A model generated the notes under the pieces. The model was given only the letters and a program-made list of their open reading frames with translations. It did no database searches and had not been told where the DNA came from. Below are positions 44,083 through 52,898 of a DNA stretch of 64,000 nucleotides, one piece after another (position 1 is the first letter of the stretch; each line of letters begins with the position of its first letter). This DNA is from Pelagomonas calceolata (taxonomy: Eukaryota), in contig CAKKNE010000001.1 of NCBI GenBank assembly GCA_918797485.1, positions 4,712,001-4,776,000 on the forward strand. The letters run 5' to 3'. Made by a program: the position numbers and the translations under genes.

Positions 44083-44628
44083 TTGTTTCCCGACACACTT
44101 ACCGTGTTCCCGACGTTTGCCTCCAAGCTCGACGTCACGTACAAACCGGTGGAGTTGTTGGAGGCCACGCTGCTGTCGAAGGAGGACATGATCAAGGCGT
44201 GGACCGTCGCGGCGCAGCCGGGTCCCGCCCGTCGGAACGGCACGCGGCCGACGTTTGTGCTGGCGACGTCCATGCCGCCGAGGAGCGCAGGGATCTACGC
44301 ATTCTATCCGTCTCCGGCCCACTACTGGTTGACGAACATCCAGGGGACGAGTATTAGCAGCCTCAGGTTCATCTTCGAGCCCGTCGGAGTCACCGACCCG
44401 CGCAAGATTAAGTCGGGCACGATGGACCGCCCGGTGACCAACATCACGAAGCCCAGACTGGACGCGCGCTTCGGCACGTCGAAAGCGATTGAGAACGACG
44501 ACTCGGACGACTCGGACGAGGAGCTATTCTTCAAGTACGAGAAGGACCAGCCGGCCGGCGCGATCCTCAAGTTCGTCGTCAACAAATACCTCGAGGCTTA
44601 CGGCACGGACAATCGACGCGTCTCGTGA
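44083..44628 (+). CDS. hypothetical protein or gene fragment
   Basis: High-GC3 ORF; start uncertain; no family recognised. Confidence 0.45.
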   Translation: MFPDTLTVFPTFASKLDVTYKPVELLEATLLSKEDMIKAWTVAAQPGPARRNGTRPTFVLATSMPPRSAGIYAFYPSPAHYWLTNIQGTSISSLRFIFEPVGVTDPRKIKSGTMDRPVTNITKPRLDARFGTSKAIENDDSDDSDEELFFKYEKDQPAGAILKFVVNKYLEAYGTDNRRVS

Positions 44629-44743
44629 GTCCCTTCGGGCAGGGTACTTGCGTTGTACTAAGTGCGATTCTCCATAGCCACAACACCACTACTACAAAGA
44701 CTTCTTACCACCCCGCGCCGCCGCGCGCGCGAGGTACGAGGGA

Positions 44744-45571
44744 CTAGTCCAGGTACATGACCGTCACGAGCTTGTCCATCTCCTTGGCCTCGACGGTCGT
44801 CCGCACGACCGTCTTCGAGTCGTGGTACGCGAAGGCGATGAGGTGCTCCGTCTCCTTCACCAATCTCCGGTTGCAGCGCTTCGAGGCCACGTCCAGAGAT
44901 AGCGCGTCGTTCTCGGGCATCTGGACGACCTGCGTCACCTCCGCGATCAGCTCCTGGCAGTCCTCCGTCTGCTTGCTCCGCGACTGCGGCAGGATTACCG
45001 TTAGTAGCTCCGTGGAGTTCGCGCGCAGCGCGCCGCGGATCGCCGCGGCGTTCGTGCCGGCGGCGCCCGACGTGTAGACGTGGTTCCCCGACAGCACCAA
45101 GGCGTAGCTCAGCAACTCGATGATCTGCTGGTGCAGGTACGAGCAATGCCGCGTGCCCAGAATACAATAAGTCCTATTGGCGGACCCCTGGATCTCGCGC
45201 AGCTCCCTCAGCATGTCCTCCATGCCCGTCGACTTTTCCAGCTGGAGCTGGGGGCTCGAGAAGGGGTCCTCCTTCTCGAGCGTGACGACGCGCGAGTCGC
45301 CCTCGAGCGTCGTCTTCCGCTCGCCGCGGCGCTCGGCGCGCGGCGCGGCGTAGAGCGGCTCGACGCCCCGCTCGGCGCGCGGCGCGGCGTAGAGCTCAAG
45401 CGGAGGCGCCGGCGCGTCTGGCCTGCCACTCGCTTGCGCCTCGCTGTAAAGTTCTATCCTGGCTGTGGATGGCGAGCGTGCCCGCGCCGGGACGTGCGGC
45501 AAAAAGCCGACGCTGCAGCTGATCACGCATAGGACAAGGACAACACCGCTGGGGGGTATCCTCACCTTCAT
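44744..45571 (-). CDS. DprA/Smf-like Rossmann-fold protein of cyanobacterial/algal type, probably plastid-targeted
   Basis: ILGTRHCSYLHQQIIELLSYAL, TSGAAGTNAAAIRGALRA, FAYHDS; signal peptide then F. Confidence 0.8.
   Translation of the reverse strand: MKVRIPPSGVVLVLCVISCSVGFLPHVPARARSPSTARIELYSEAQASGRPDAPAPPLELYAAPRAERGVEPLYAAPRAERRGERKTTLEGDSRVVTLEKEDPFSSPQLQLEKSTGMEDMLRELREIQGSANRTYCILGTRHCSYLHQQIIELLSYALVLSGNHVYTSGAAGTNAAAIRGALRANSTELLTVILPQSRSKQTEDCQELIAEVTQVVQMPENDALSLDVASKRCNRRLVKETEHLIAFAYHDSKTVVRTTVEAKEMDKLVTVMYLD
45330..45395. repeat. 27-bp direct repeat, 39-bp period (LYAAPRAER x2)
   Basis: 45330-45356 = 45369-45395. Confidence 0.85.
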
Positions 45572-45980
45572 TTGTGCCGCAAAAACGTGCCGCAAAAGCC
45601 GTCAACCCAGAGCGCGCGGGGCGGTGCTCTGGCTGGCCCAACTCTAATACGGCGCCGGGAGGGCGAGAAGTGACTCGCTGCCGCTTTGTTGGCGTCAAAG
45701 GAGATTCTTGAGGGTGTATGCTGCACTGCGTGCGCCTCAACCTGCTAGCGCGCGAGCAAAAGCCAAAAGCGCGATTCTTGGGGCTAGTGTGTCACATGCC
45801 GCTAGCTGATTTCATTGGCCTGTGCCTTTTGGCAGCCGCTACGCAGCAACACGCAGCATCTGGCCTTCAGCACAGTCGCAGCGCTCGATTTCTGAGCGCA
45901 TCGCTCCCTTAGAGCACTCAGCGGCAGCCAAGGTGTCAGCATCAGGCAGCAGCTTGCGGCAGCTTGCCGCAGCCAGCGCC

Positions 45981-46895
45981 ATGCCAAGCCTAATCGCTCG
46001 CCTCGCAACCGCCGAGGCCAGCCTGGGCATCCAGCTCGCGCTGCTCGTGCTGCACGCGCTGCTCTGGCACGTCATCACGACGTGGGCGGCGAAGCGCATC
46101 GCGCCGTGGTGCCAGGCGCAGCCCTGGATCGAGCGCTTCCGCGCGCGCGCGGGCGCGACGCTGCGGCGGGGCTACGGCATCCAATTTAAAGACGAGGACG
46201 ACATGTTCGCGCTCGTGACGTTGGTGGCGGCGATCCTGTGCGTGCACCTCACGGGCGGGCTGCTCTGCGTGCCCGCGTTACTGGCCAAGCGTCCTTCATC
46301 ATTAGTTGTGGCGCTGGCGGCGCACGGTTCATTGGTAGAGGCCGGCTGGGAGCTCTCGGACGTTTTTATAAGGGTCACGGGCGTGCTTGGAATGAGGGGC
46401 CCGCGGGGCCGCGCCGAGAACCCGCACGGCCTCGTGTTGTTGTTGCTGTGCCACCACGCCGTCGCCGTGACCATGGTCGTGCCGATGAACGCGAATGCGA
46501 TGCTTCGAACGGATCGCGACTACCACGAGCTGTCGTTTTTGTTGCAGGCGGCGGCGTTCGTCGCCGGCTTCTCCCAGCTTTATGGGTTTACGCTCGACTG
46601 CGACACTGAGCAGGGTCTGCGGCGCATGCGCCTGTCGGTGTTCTTTTCGTGGTTCTCGGCGGTGTGGTCGCGGGGCTACCGGTATCTCATCGTGGCGTGG
46701 CGTTTGTGGCGCCGCGTCTGCGCCACGCAGTCGACGACCATGGCGCTCGGCGGCGCCGTAGGCCTCGCGGGCATGACGCTCTTCAATCTAGCCATAAATA
46801 TAGACACGACGCGGAAGCTCGTCAAGTTCATCAACGTGCGGTCGAACGCCGGCGCCCAGGACGTCTTCGACGGGGCAAGTAAGAAAACAAGGTAG
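45981..46895 (+). CDS. multipass membrane protein, TLC-domain-like
   Basis: Several TM helices, LLCHH motif. Confidence 0.6.
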   Translation: MPSLIARLATAEASLGIQLALLVLHALLWHVITTWAAKRIAPWCQAQPWIERFRARAGATLRRGYGIQFKDEDDMFALVTLVAAILCVHLTGGLLCVPALLAKRPSSLVVALAAHGSLVEAGWELSDVFIRVTGVLGMRGPRGRAENPHGLVLLLLCHHAVAVTMVVPMNANAMLRTDRDYHELSFLLQAAAFVAGFSQLYGFTLDCDTEQGLRRMRLSVFFSWFSAVWSRGYRYLIVAWRLWRRVCATQSTTMALGGAVGLAGMTLFNLAINIDTTRKLVKFINVRSNAGAQDVFDGASKKTR

Positions 46896-49800
46896 TTAAC
46901 ACAATCGCTCCCGCGCGGCGGCCTCGAACTCGAGGGATCGCAGGTGGAGCCGGCACGCGTGGAGGTCGCGCGTGAGGCGGCGAGCCTTTTCTGGATCGGT
47001 GGCTTTTGCGAGGGCCTTTACCAGGTCCGCCTCCCGCCGGGCGACGGCGGCGCGGCGCCCGTCGATTGTCGTCTCTGGTTTGCGGTGCCGCGAGCCCTTC
47101 ACGAGCGCGCGGACGCCGGCGGCGACCTCTTCGAGGCCGCGCCGCTGGAGCTGCAGCTCGCGATCAATGGCGGCAACGAGCGCCGCGCGGCCGGGCGACG
47201 ACGGCGCGGTCGATGACTCCTCGGTGGCACCGGCAAGCAAGCGCTGGAGCGCCGCGAGGTCGTCTCGTGGTGGCGTCCGCGCCGGCAGCGTCCGCGCCGC
47301 CGACGTCTGCATCGCCGCGGCGGGCGATCGGGGTGGTGTTCGCGAGCGGGGCGGCGTTCGCGGAGGTGAGCGCGGCGGCGTGCGCTGGGCCTCCTTTGCG
47401 AGTGCGTATTCGCGAGCGGACTCGTTATGCGCCGCGCGGCGGCGCGCCCAGGGCGACGTGTCCCGGCGCGGCGGCGATCGAGGAGGCGACCGCGGTGGCC
47501 GCTGCGACACCGTCTGCGTCCCTGTCGTGCGCGGCGCAGCCCGTGGCGGCGTGCTTTGCTCCGGCGGCGTCGCTTTCTCCGGTGGCGGCTCGTCGACTCG
47601 CGGCGTCGTTTGTGCCTCAGCACGTGGCGGCGTGGTCGGGTCCGATGTGGCGGCGGCCCTCGGCGGCGTTGCTGGCTCCGGTGGCGGCGGAGCCTCGGCA
47701 TGTAGCGGCGTGGGCGGCTCCGACGTGGCGGCGGCCCGCGGCGGCGATGCGCTGGCGTCGTCGTGGCTGCGGCTGCGGTCCGGAGTCGTCACCTTGGGGG
47801 GCGGCGGCGGCTCCTCCATGCTTTGGGCGCGCGCCGGCGGCGACTTCTTGGGGCTCTTCTTCTTGGGACTCATCGAGACGGCAGCTCGGAGTTTGCCCCA
47901 CATTGACTTCTTCTTCTTGGGCGTGGGCGCCTCGGCCGGCGCGGGCGTGGGCGGTTTTGCGGTGGCGACCGGTGGCGGCGGCGGCGCCAAGTCCTCGGGC
48001 GGAGACGAGGGCAAAGCCTGCCGGCGAGCAAGATTGCCCCGCCGCAGGCTCTGCATGCGCACGGCCCGGTACGCCGTCTCGCCGGCGACGGCCGCCGCGA
48101 CCGCACGCGCCTCGACATCGGGTCCCGGCTTCTCGGCCGCTGGCGGTGCGTCGACGCGCGGTGGCACAGGCGCTGTCGCTGCCGTCGCGACGGTCGCCGC
48201 CGGTGACGTCCGGCCCGCCGCTGTTTGAGGCGCGGGCGACTCCGTCTCAGGTTTGAGCGGCATCTCTGCCTCGACCGCGGGCGTCGATGGAGCCGCTGCC
48301 TCGGCAACAGGCACGCGCACGATGACCGCTTTCTTCTTCTTCGCCTTCTTGCGGCGAAGGCTCGGCGGCGGCGTCGCGGAGGTCGGCGCCGCGCGCCGTT
48401 CTGAACGGGGCACGCCCGCCCGCGCCCGCGCGGCGGCGAGCGCCGCCGGCGTCCGGGGCGCGGGCGCAGGTCGCGGCGGCGGCTCCGGCGCGCTCTGGCG
48501 CCACGGCCGCCACGGGACCTTCGATGGCTCCGATGGCTCCGGCGCGGCCGCCGTCCGGCGCGCGATGAGCGTCTCCCGGTGGAGGCGGTGGCGCGCTGCC
48601 GCTTTTGCTTTCGCCTCGCGCGCCGCCGCTGCCTCGGAGGCGAGTAGGTTATGTTGCTCTGCGGCGAGCAGCGACGTCTCCCACCGGACGAGGCGGGCCT
48701 CGCGATTTTGCAGCGACTTGGCGGCGGCGCGAGCCGCTGTTTGCCTCTCCGCTGCGTCGCGCTCGCGCCGTTTGACGCGTTTTTGCTCGACGGCGAGGGC
48801 CCGCTCGCGGCGCCGGACTTCTTCTTTCTCCGTGCGGCGAGCCGCGTCGGCCTTTTTCGACCCGCGGAGCTTCCGCCGGACGACCTTCGCGCGCGCTTCG
48901 AGCGCTTGCACTTTTTTCTCGCGGTCGTCGAGCTGGGCTTTCCGGGCGAGGAACGCGTCGCGCTCCCGTTTCAATGATTGTTCGGTAGCGGCCGCCACTT
49001 TGAGTCGCCCTATCGCAAGATCTAATCCGCGCTTCGCCCGCGCCTCGCACTCCGTCATGGCACGCAGAGCACGTGTCGCGTCGCGCCGCGCCCGCCTCGC
49101 GACCTCGTGCGACCGGCGGAGCCTGTCAGCTGCGGCCGCGGCTCCATCATCCTCCGCTTTGGCGCGCGCCTCGTCCGCGTCCGCTGCGGCGCGCTCGACG
49201 GCAAGTTGCGCGTCCGCGACCTCTCGTGCGGCCCGCCGCCGATCCGTCTCCGCGTCCTCAATGGCGATCTGGGCCACGTGATAGGCGATCTGGGCCACAT
49301 GACACACCCAGCGCCGGAACAGCGTCGCTAGGCTCGTCCGGTGCTGGTACGAGAGGAGCAGGGCGAGGCGCCGGCCTCCGGCAGCGACGTCGGCCAGGCG
49401 CGCAACGCCAAAGCGCCACTCGTGCAGCGCCCGCCCGAGAGCTCCTCTACAGCGTTTCTCGGCGACGGCCGCGAGGGCCGCGGCGCCCGCGCGCGCACTC
49501 GCGCCCGCGTACGTCGTTTCGTCCCCCGAGCCGCTCGAGCCGCTCGGCCAGCGCGGCCCGACGTGCACCGCCGGCTGCTCGTCGACAGGGCTCGGCGGGA
49601 ACCGCGCCGGGCTCGGCGTGTGGCGCTCGTTCGCGGGGCTCGGGAACCGCTCCGGGCTCTCGCGCGGATGCACCTGCGCCCAGCGGCGCCATCGCGCGGC
49701 CGTCGCGTGCGACTCGCTGCGGCGTGCCGCCTGAGCCAGGACCGCGGCGCCGCGCGCCCGATCTGCAGCGGGCGGAGTCGGTGGCCGTCGAGGCCGGCGC

Positions 49801-50198
49801 GCCACCGGCACTCGACGTGGGCCAGGGGCCGCCGCCGCGCCGCGCCACCGTCTTAGGTAGGCCCGGGGGACGATGCTGTTCAGCGCGCGCAGCGTCTCCA
49901 GCACGCCGAGCACGCTCACGGCCCCGCGCCAGCGCTGGAGGGCCGCGCGCTGCGGCGTCCTCGTTAGTATTCGCAGCGCATCGCGCACGGCGACAACCGT
50001 CAGCCCGGGCGGCGCGCGTGGCCGCGGAGTGGCGACGCCCTCGTCGGCAGCTTCCGCTTGCTGTCGCCGCCGCCGCTCGTTTTCCAGCGCCGGCGAGACC
50101 GCTGGGTACGGCGTCACGACGGGCACGCTCGTCCTCGGCTCGCGCGGCGTGCCCTTCCAGGCCTCGAAGCCGCCTTGTCCTCGTCGGGCCTCGTCCAT
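46896..50198 (-). CDS. large coiled-coil/Pro-rich protein with IQ-like motif
   Basis: AVRMQSLRRGNLARR; TPPR/SPPR repeats; repeated W-containing helices. Confidence 0.65.
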   Translation of the reverse strand: MDEARRGQGGFEAWKGTPREPRTSVPVVTPYPAVSPALENERRRRQQAEAADEGVATPRPRAPPGLTVVAVRDALRILTRTPQRAALQRWRGAVSVLGVLETLRALNSIVPRAYLRRWRGAAAAPGPRRVPVARRPRRPPTPPAADRARGAAVLAQAARRSESHATAARWRRWAQVHPRESPERFPSPANERHTPSPARFPPSPVDEQPAVHVGPRWPSGSSGSGDETTYAGASARAGAAALAAVAEKRCRGALGRALHEWRFGVARLADVAAGGRRLALLLSYQHRTSLATLFRRWVCHVAQIAYHVAQIAIEDAETDRRRAAREVADAQLAVERAAADADEARAKAEDDGAAAAADRLRRSHEVARRARRDATRALRAMTECEARAKRGLDLAIGRLKVAAATEQSLKRERDAFLARKAQLDDREKKVQALEARAKVVRRKLRGSKKADAARRTEKEEVRRRERALAVEQKRVKRRERDAAERQTAARAAAKSLQNREARLVRWETSLLAAEQHNLLASEAAAAREAKAKAAARHRLHRETLIARRTAAAPEPSEPSKVPWRPWRQSAPEPPPRPAPAPRTPAALAAARARAGVPRSERRAAPTSATPPPSLRRKKAKKKKAVIVRVPVAEAAAPSTPAVEAEMPLKPETESPAPQTAAGRTSPAATVATAATAPVPPRVDAPPAAEKPGPDVEARAVAAAVAGETAYRAVRMQSLRRGNLARRQALPSSPPEDLAPPPPPVATAKPPTPAPAEAPTPKKKKSMWGKLRAAVSMSPKKKSPKKSPPARAQSMEEPPPPPKVTTPDRSRSHDDASASPPRAAATSEPPTPLHAEAPPPPEPATPPRAAATSDPTTPPRAEAQTTPRVDEPPPEKATPPEQSTPPRAAPRTTGTQTVSQRPPRSPPRSPPRRDTSPWARRRAAHNESAREYALAKEAQRTPPRSPPRTPPRSRTPPRSPAAAMQTSAARTLPARTPPRDDLAALQRLLAGATEESSTAPSSPGRAALVAAIDRELQLQRRGLEEVAAGVRALVKGSRHRKPETTIDGRRAAVARREADLVKALAKATDPEKARRLTRDLHACRLHLRSLEFEAAARERLC

Positions 50199-50656
50199 TT
50201 GGGTGCCTTGATCTTGTTTGCTTGTCGCAGTGCCGTCACCTGTTGCTTTGGTCAAACCTGATTTGGTTTTTACGCGAACCTAGGCCGGCAAGGGCTGCCG
50301 CGGGGCCTCGACCGTTCTTTGGAGGGTGCGTGCGACCACTGCGGCTGACTAATACCAACAGGGCAGCGTGGAACGGCTGGCTCAGCCGGCTCAAATTTGC
50401 AACTAGCTGGCTAGTGTCTTTAAACCGCTAGCTGCTGCAAATTTGCAAAGCGCAAGCGAGGCAACAACGTGCGCCATTCCTCGTCTCAAGTCTACGTTCG
50501 GTACCGTTACTACGCCCACCAACACTGTGGCATCGCTTCGCGCCGTCGGAGCGAGCCCCGGCACAGCGCAGCAGCCTTGCACAGGCACTCTACAGCCGCG
50601 CCCACTGCGCTTACCTTTTTGACCGCAGGGATGCGTGCGAGCGATAACAAGCCGTG

Positions 50657-51214
50657 ATGGACGCTATGCCGAAGGAAATCAGACTGCGCTGCCAGTTTTT
50701 GTGGGAGAGCGCCATGCAATGCGCCGACGCCTCCCCACCGCAACCGCGCACGGCACAAAAACTGCTCCACTCGCTACGACAGCTGACGGCCGCGCACGAC
50801 TGTAAGGTTCCCGACAGCCTGACAAAAACTCTATGCCCGAAATGCTGGGCGCCGCGCATCCCGGGCGTCTCGTGCCGCACACGTACAGCCAAGCGGACGC
50901 GGCGGTCGCCGGCGTCGATGCGCTACGTGCCCGGGAAGACCGGGAAGGGCGGCCACGCGCTCAAGAGCCAGCTCGTGACGACGTGCCTCCTCTGCGGCGA
51001 AATCTCGCGCGCGCCCGGCGCGCCGCGGCCGCCGGCACGCCCACCAAAAAAGCGCGACATGCGCGCGGCGGCCGACGACTTCGTGGCCGTGGGGGCGCCG
51101 CTGCTCCCCGCGCGCGCGCCGAAGCGGCCGGCGCCGCCCGCGCCGGCGCAGCCGCGGAAGCTGCTCGACGCGAAGCCGCGCAAACGGAAGAAGACGGATA
51201 AGAAACCGAAGTGA
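50657..51214 (+). CDS. RNase P/MRP subunit, Rpr2/Rpp21 family
   Basis: KTLCPKC...PG and LVTTCLLCG zinc ribbon. Confidence 0.78.
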   Translation: MDAMPKEIRLRCQFLWESAMQCADASPPQPRTAQKLLHSLRQLTAAHDCKVPDSLTKTLCPKCWAPRIPGVSCRTRTAKRTRRSPASMRYVPGKTGKGGHALKSQLVTTCLLCGEISRAPGAPRPPARPPKKRDMRAAADDFVAVGAPLLPARAPKRPAPPAPAQPRKLLDAKPRKRKKTDKKPK

Positions 51215-51477
51215 AGGGTCTTGGGGAGCCGTTTTTCGCGTGCTAGCGGTAAGACACTAGCCCGCGAGCAAACACGACACCACGCACTGCTACTTACGAC
51301 ACGGCTCATCCGCGTTGCCCCGAGGATATAGAACGTGTTCGATTGCTGTCAGCATTCGTCTAAGCCCGCACTTGCTGCACACCGTCGCAGCGGTGCAGAC
51401 TTGAGGCACTTATCACCAAAAGCCCCTCGATACTCAAACACCAGCGCGGCCGCCGCGTTGCAGAAAAAACAGCCAGC

Positions 51478-52413
51478 ATGACTTTCCTGGACCTCTCGCC
51501 CGCGTTACTAATACCGCTCATCATTTTTGGGAGCGCCGCGGTCCTGCTCCTCGCCCTCTACCTCGCGAAGCCCAAGCCGTTCCTAGATGGCACGCGCCAA
51601 TCATTAAAGCTGCAAGAGATCAAGGTCCTGAGCCCGGACACGAAGCTCTTTCGATTCGCGCTGCCGTCGGACAAGCACTGTTTTGGCTTGCCCCTCGGGA
51701 AGCACGTCAAGATCTTCTGCCCGAACCCGACGGGCGTCGTCGCGGGCAAGTGGAACGGGCGCGACGACCCGGAAGAAGGTGCGGATGAAATTCAACGGTC
51801 GTATACGCCCACCAGCTCCGAGGCGGATTTAGGAAGAGCTGATTTGGTGATCAAGGTGTACGAAGGAGGGAAAATAGATAGATTCCCGGACGGAGGGAAG
51901 ATGTCCCAGTATTTCGGGAGGTTGAAGGTCGGTGATGCCATCTCCCTGAAAGGCCCCACGGGTAGCATCGAATACCTCGGGCGAGGCAACTGGCAATACA
52001 GCAAGCGCCAGATCAAGGGCATGTCGCATGTGGGCATGCTCGCCGGCGGCACGGGCATCACGCCCATGTACCAGATCGTCCAGGAAGCGCTGAGAGATAC
52101 GTCTGACAAGACCAAGTTCTCGCTCATCTTCGCGAACCAAACCTTGGAAGACATCCTCCTCCTCCCGGAGCTCAACGATTTAGCAGAGAAGCACCCCGAC
52201 CGCTTCACGGTGCACTACACCTTAGATAGACCCGAGGCCTCGTGGGAGGGCTCGACCGGCTTTATTACCGCGGAAATGATTTCCGCGCATTTGCCGCCGC
52301 CCGCTTCTAGTACGCTCATCGTCATGTGCGGCCCGCCGCCCATGATCAAGTTCGCGTGCAAGCAGAACCTCGACGCGCTCGGCTACGACAAGAAGCGGCA
52401 GCTCGCGTTTTAG
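51478..52413 (+). CDS. NADH-cytochrome b5 reductase
   Basis: N-terminal TM; RSYTP, GGKMSQ, AGGTGITPM, MCGPPPM. Confidence 0.93.
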   Translation: MTFLDLSPALLIPLIIFGSAAVLLLALYLAKPKPFLDGTRQSLKLQEIKVLSPDTKLFRFALPSDKHCFGLPLGKHVKIFCPNPTGVVAGKWNGRDDPEEGADEIQRSYTPTSSEADLGRADLVIKVYEGGKIDRFPDGGKMSQYFGRLKVGDAISLKGPTGSIEYLGRGNWQYSKRQIKGMSHVGMLAGGTGITPMYQIVQEALRDTSDKTKFSLIFANQTLEDILLLPELNDLAEKHPDRFTVHYTLDRPEASWEGSTGFITAEMISAHLPPPASSTLIVMCGPPPMIKFACKQNLDALGYDKKRQLAF

Positions 52414-52898
52414 TCAGGTCGTCCTTCCGGTGTTGGGTAAGAGTCGCCTCGTAGACTTGAGCGGTCGCGGCGATGGCGTCGCGTCGGTGGCGTCGCAGGC
52501 CAGCGATCCGTCCAGTAGGACCGGCCGCGGGCGCGGCGCGTTTTTGTGCAAGCTCCCATTCACCGAGCTAAGATAGTATTTCGTCCAAGCGGCGCCGGAA
52601 CGTTCCGGTGCGGCCTTTACGGCTGCGGAGAAACTGGAGCTTCGTACGGGGCGTCGGCCAAGTCGAGCGCATACGCCCGAGGTAGTCGCAGCCTAAACGT
52701 TGCACCAGTGAGCGTTTTTGCAATCTGGGCTGCGCCTAGCTATTCTGGTTGCTGTCAGAAGCACAACAGCTTGCAGCGACGCGCGCCGACAGGCCGACGG
52801 CCAACAAAGCAAACTCGCCTTTGCCATTAAAATAATTGCAAAACACGCGCGGCGCGCGGCATCGCATAAGTAGTTGCAGAAAAGGCGCCGCAGCAGGC

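Noticed and set aside
44744..45571. Recent bacterial transfer or contamination
   Set aside because: It has a targeting presequence and host-like codon usage, consistent with endosymbiotic origin.
46944..50431. Long + strand ORFs (and similar antisense ORFs elsewhere)
   Set aside because: Shadow frames of GC-rich genes with Arg/Ala-rich, motif-free translations.
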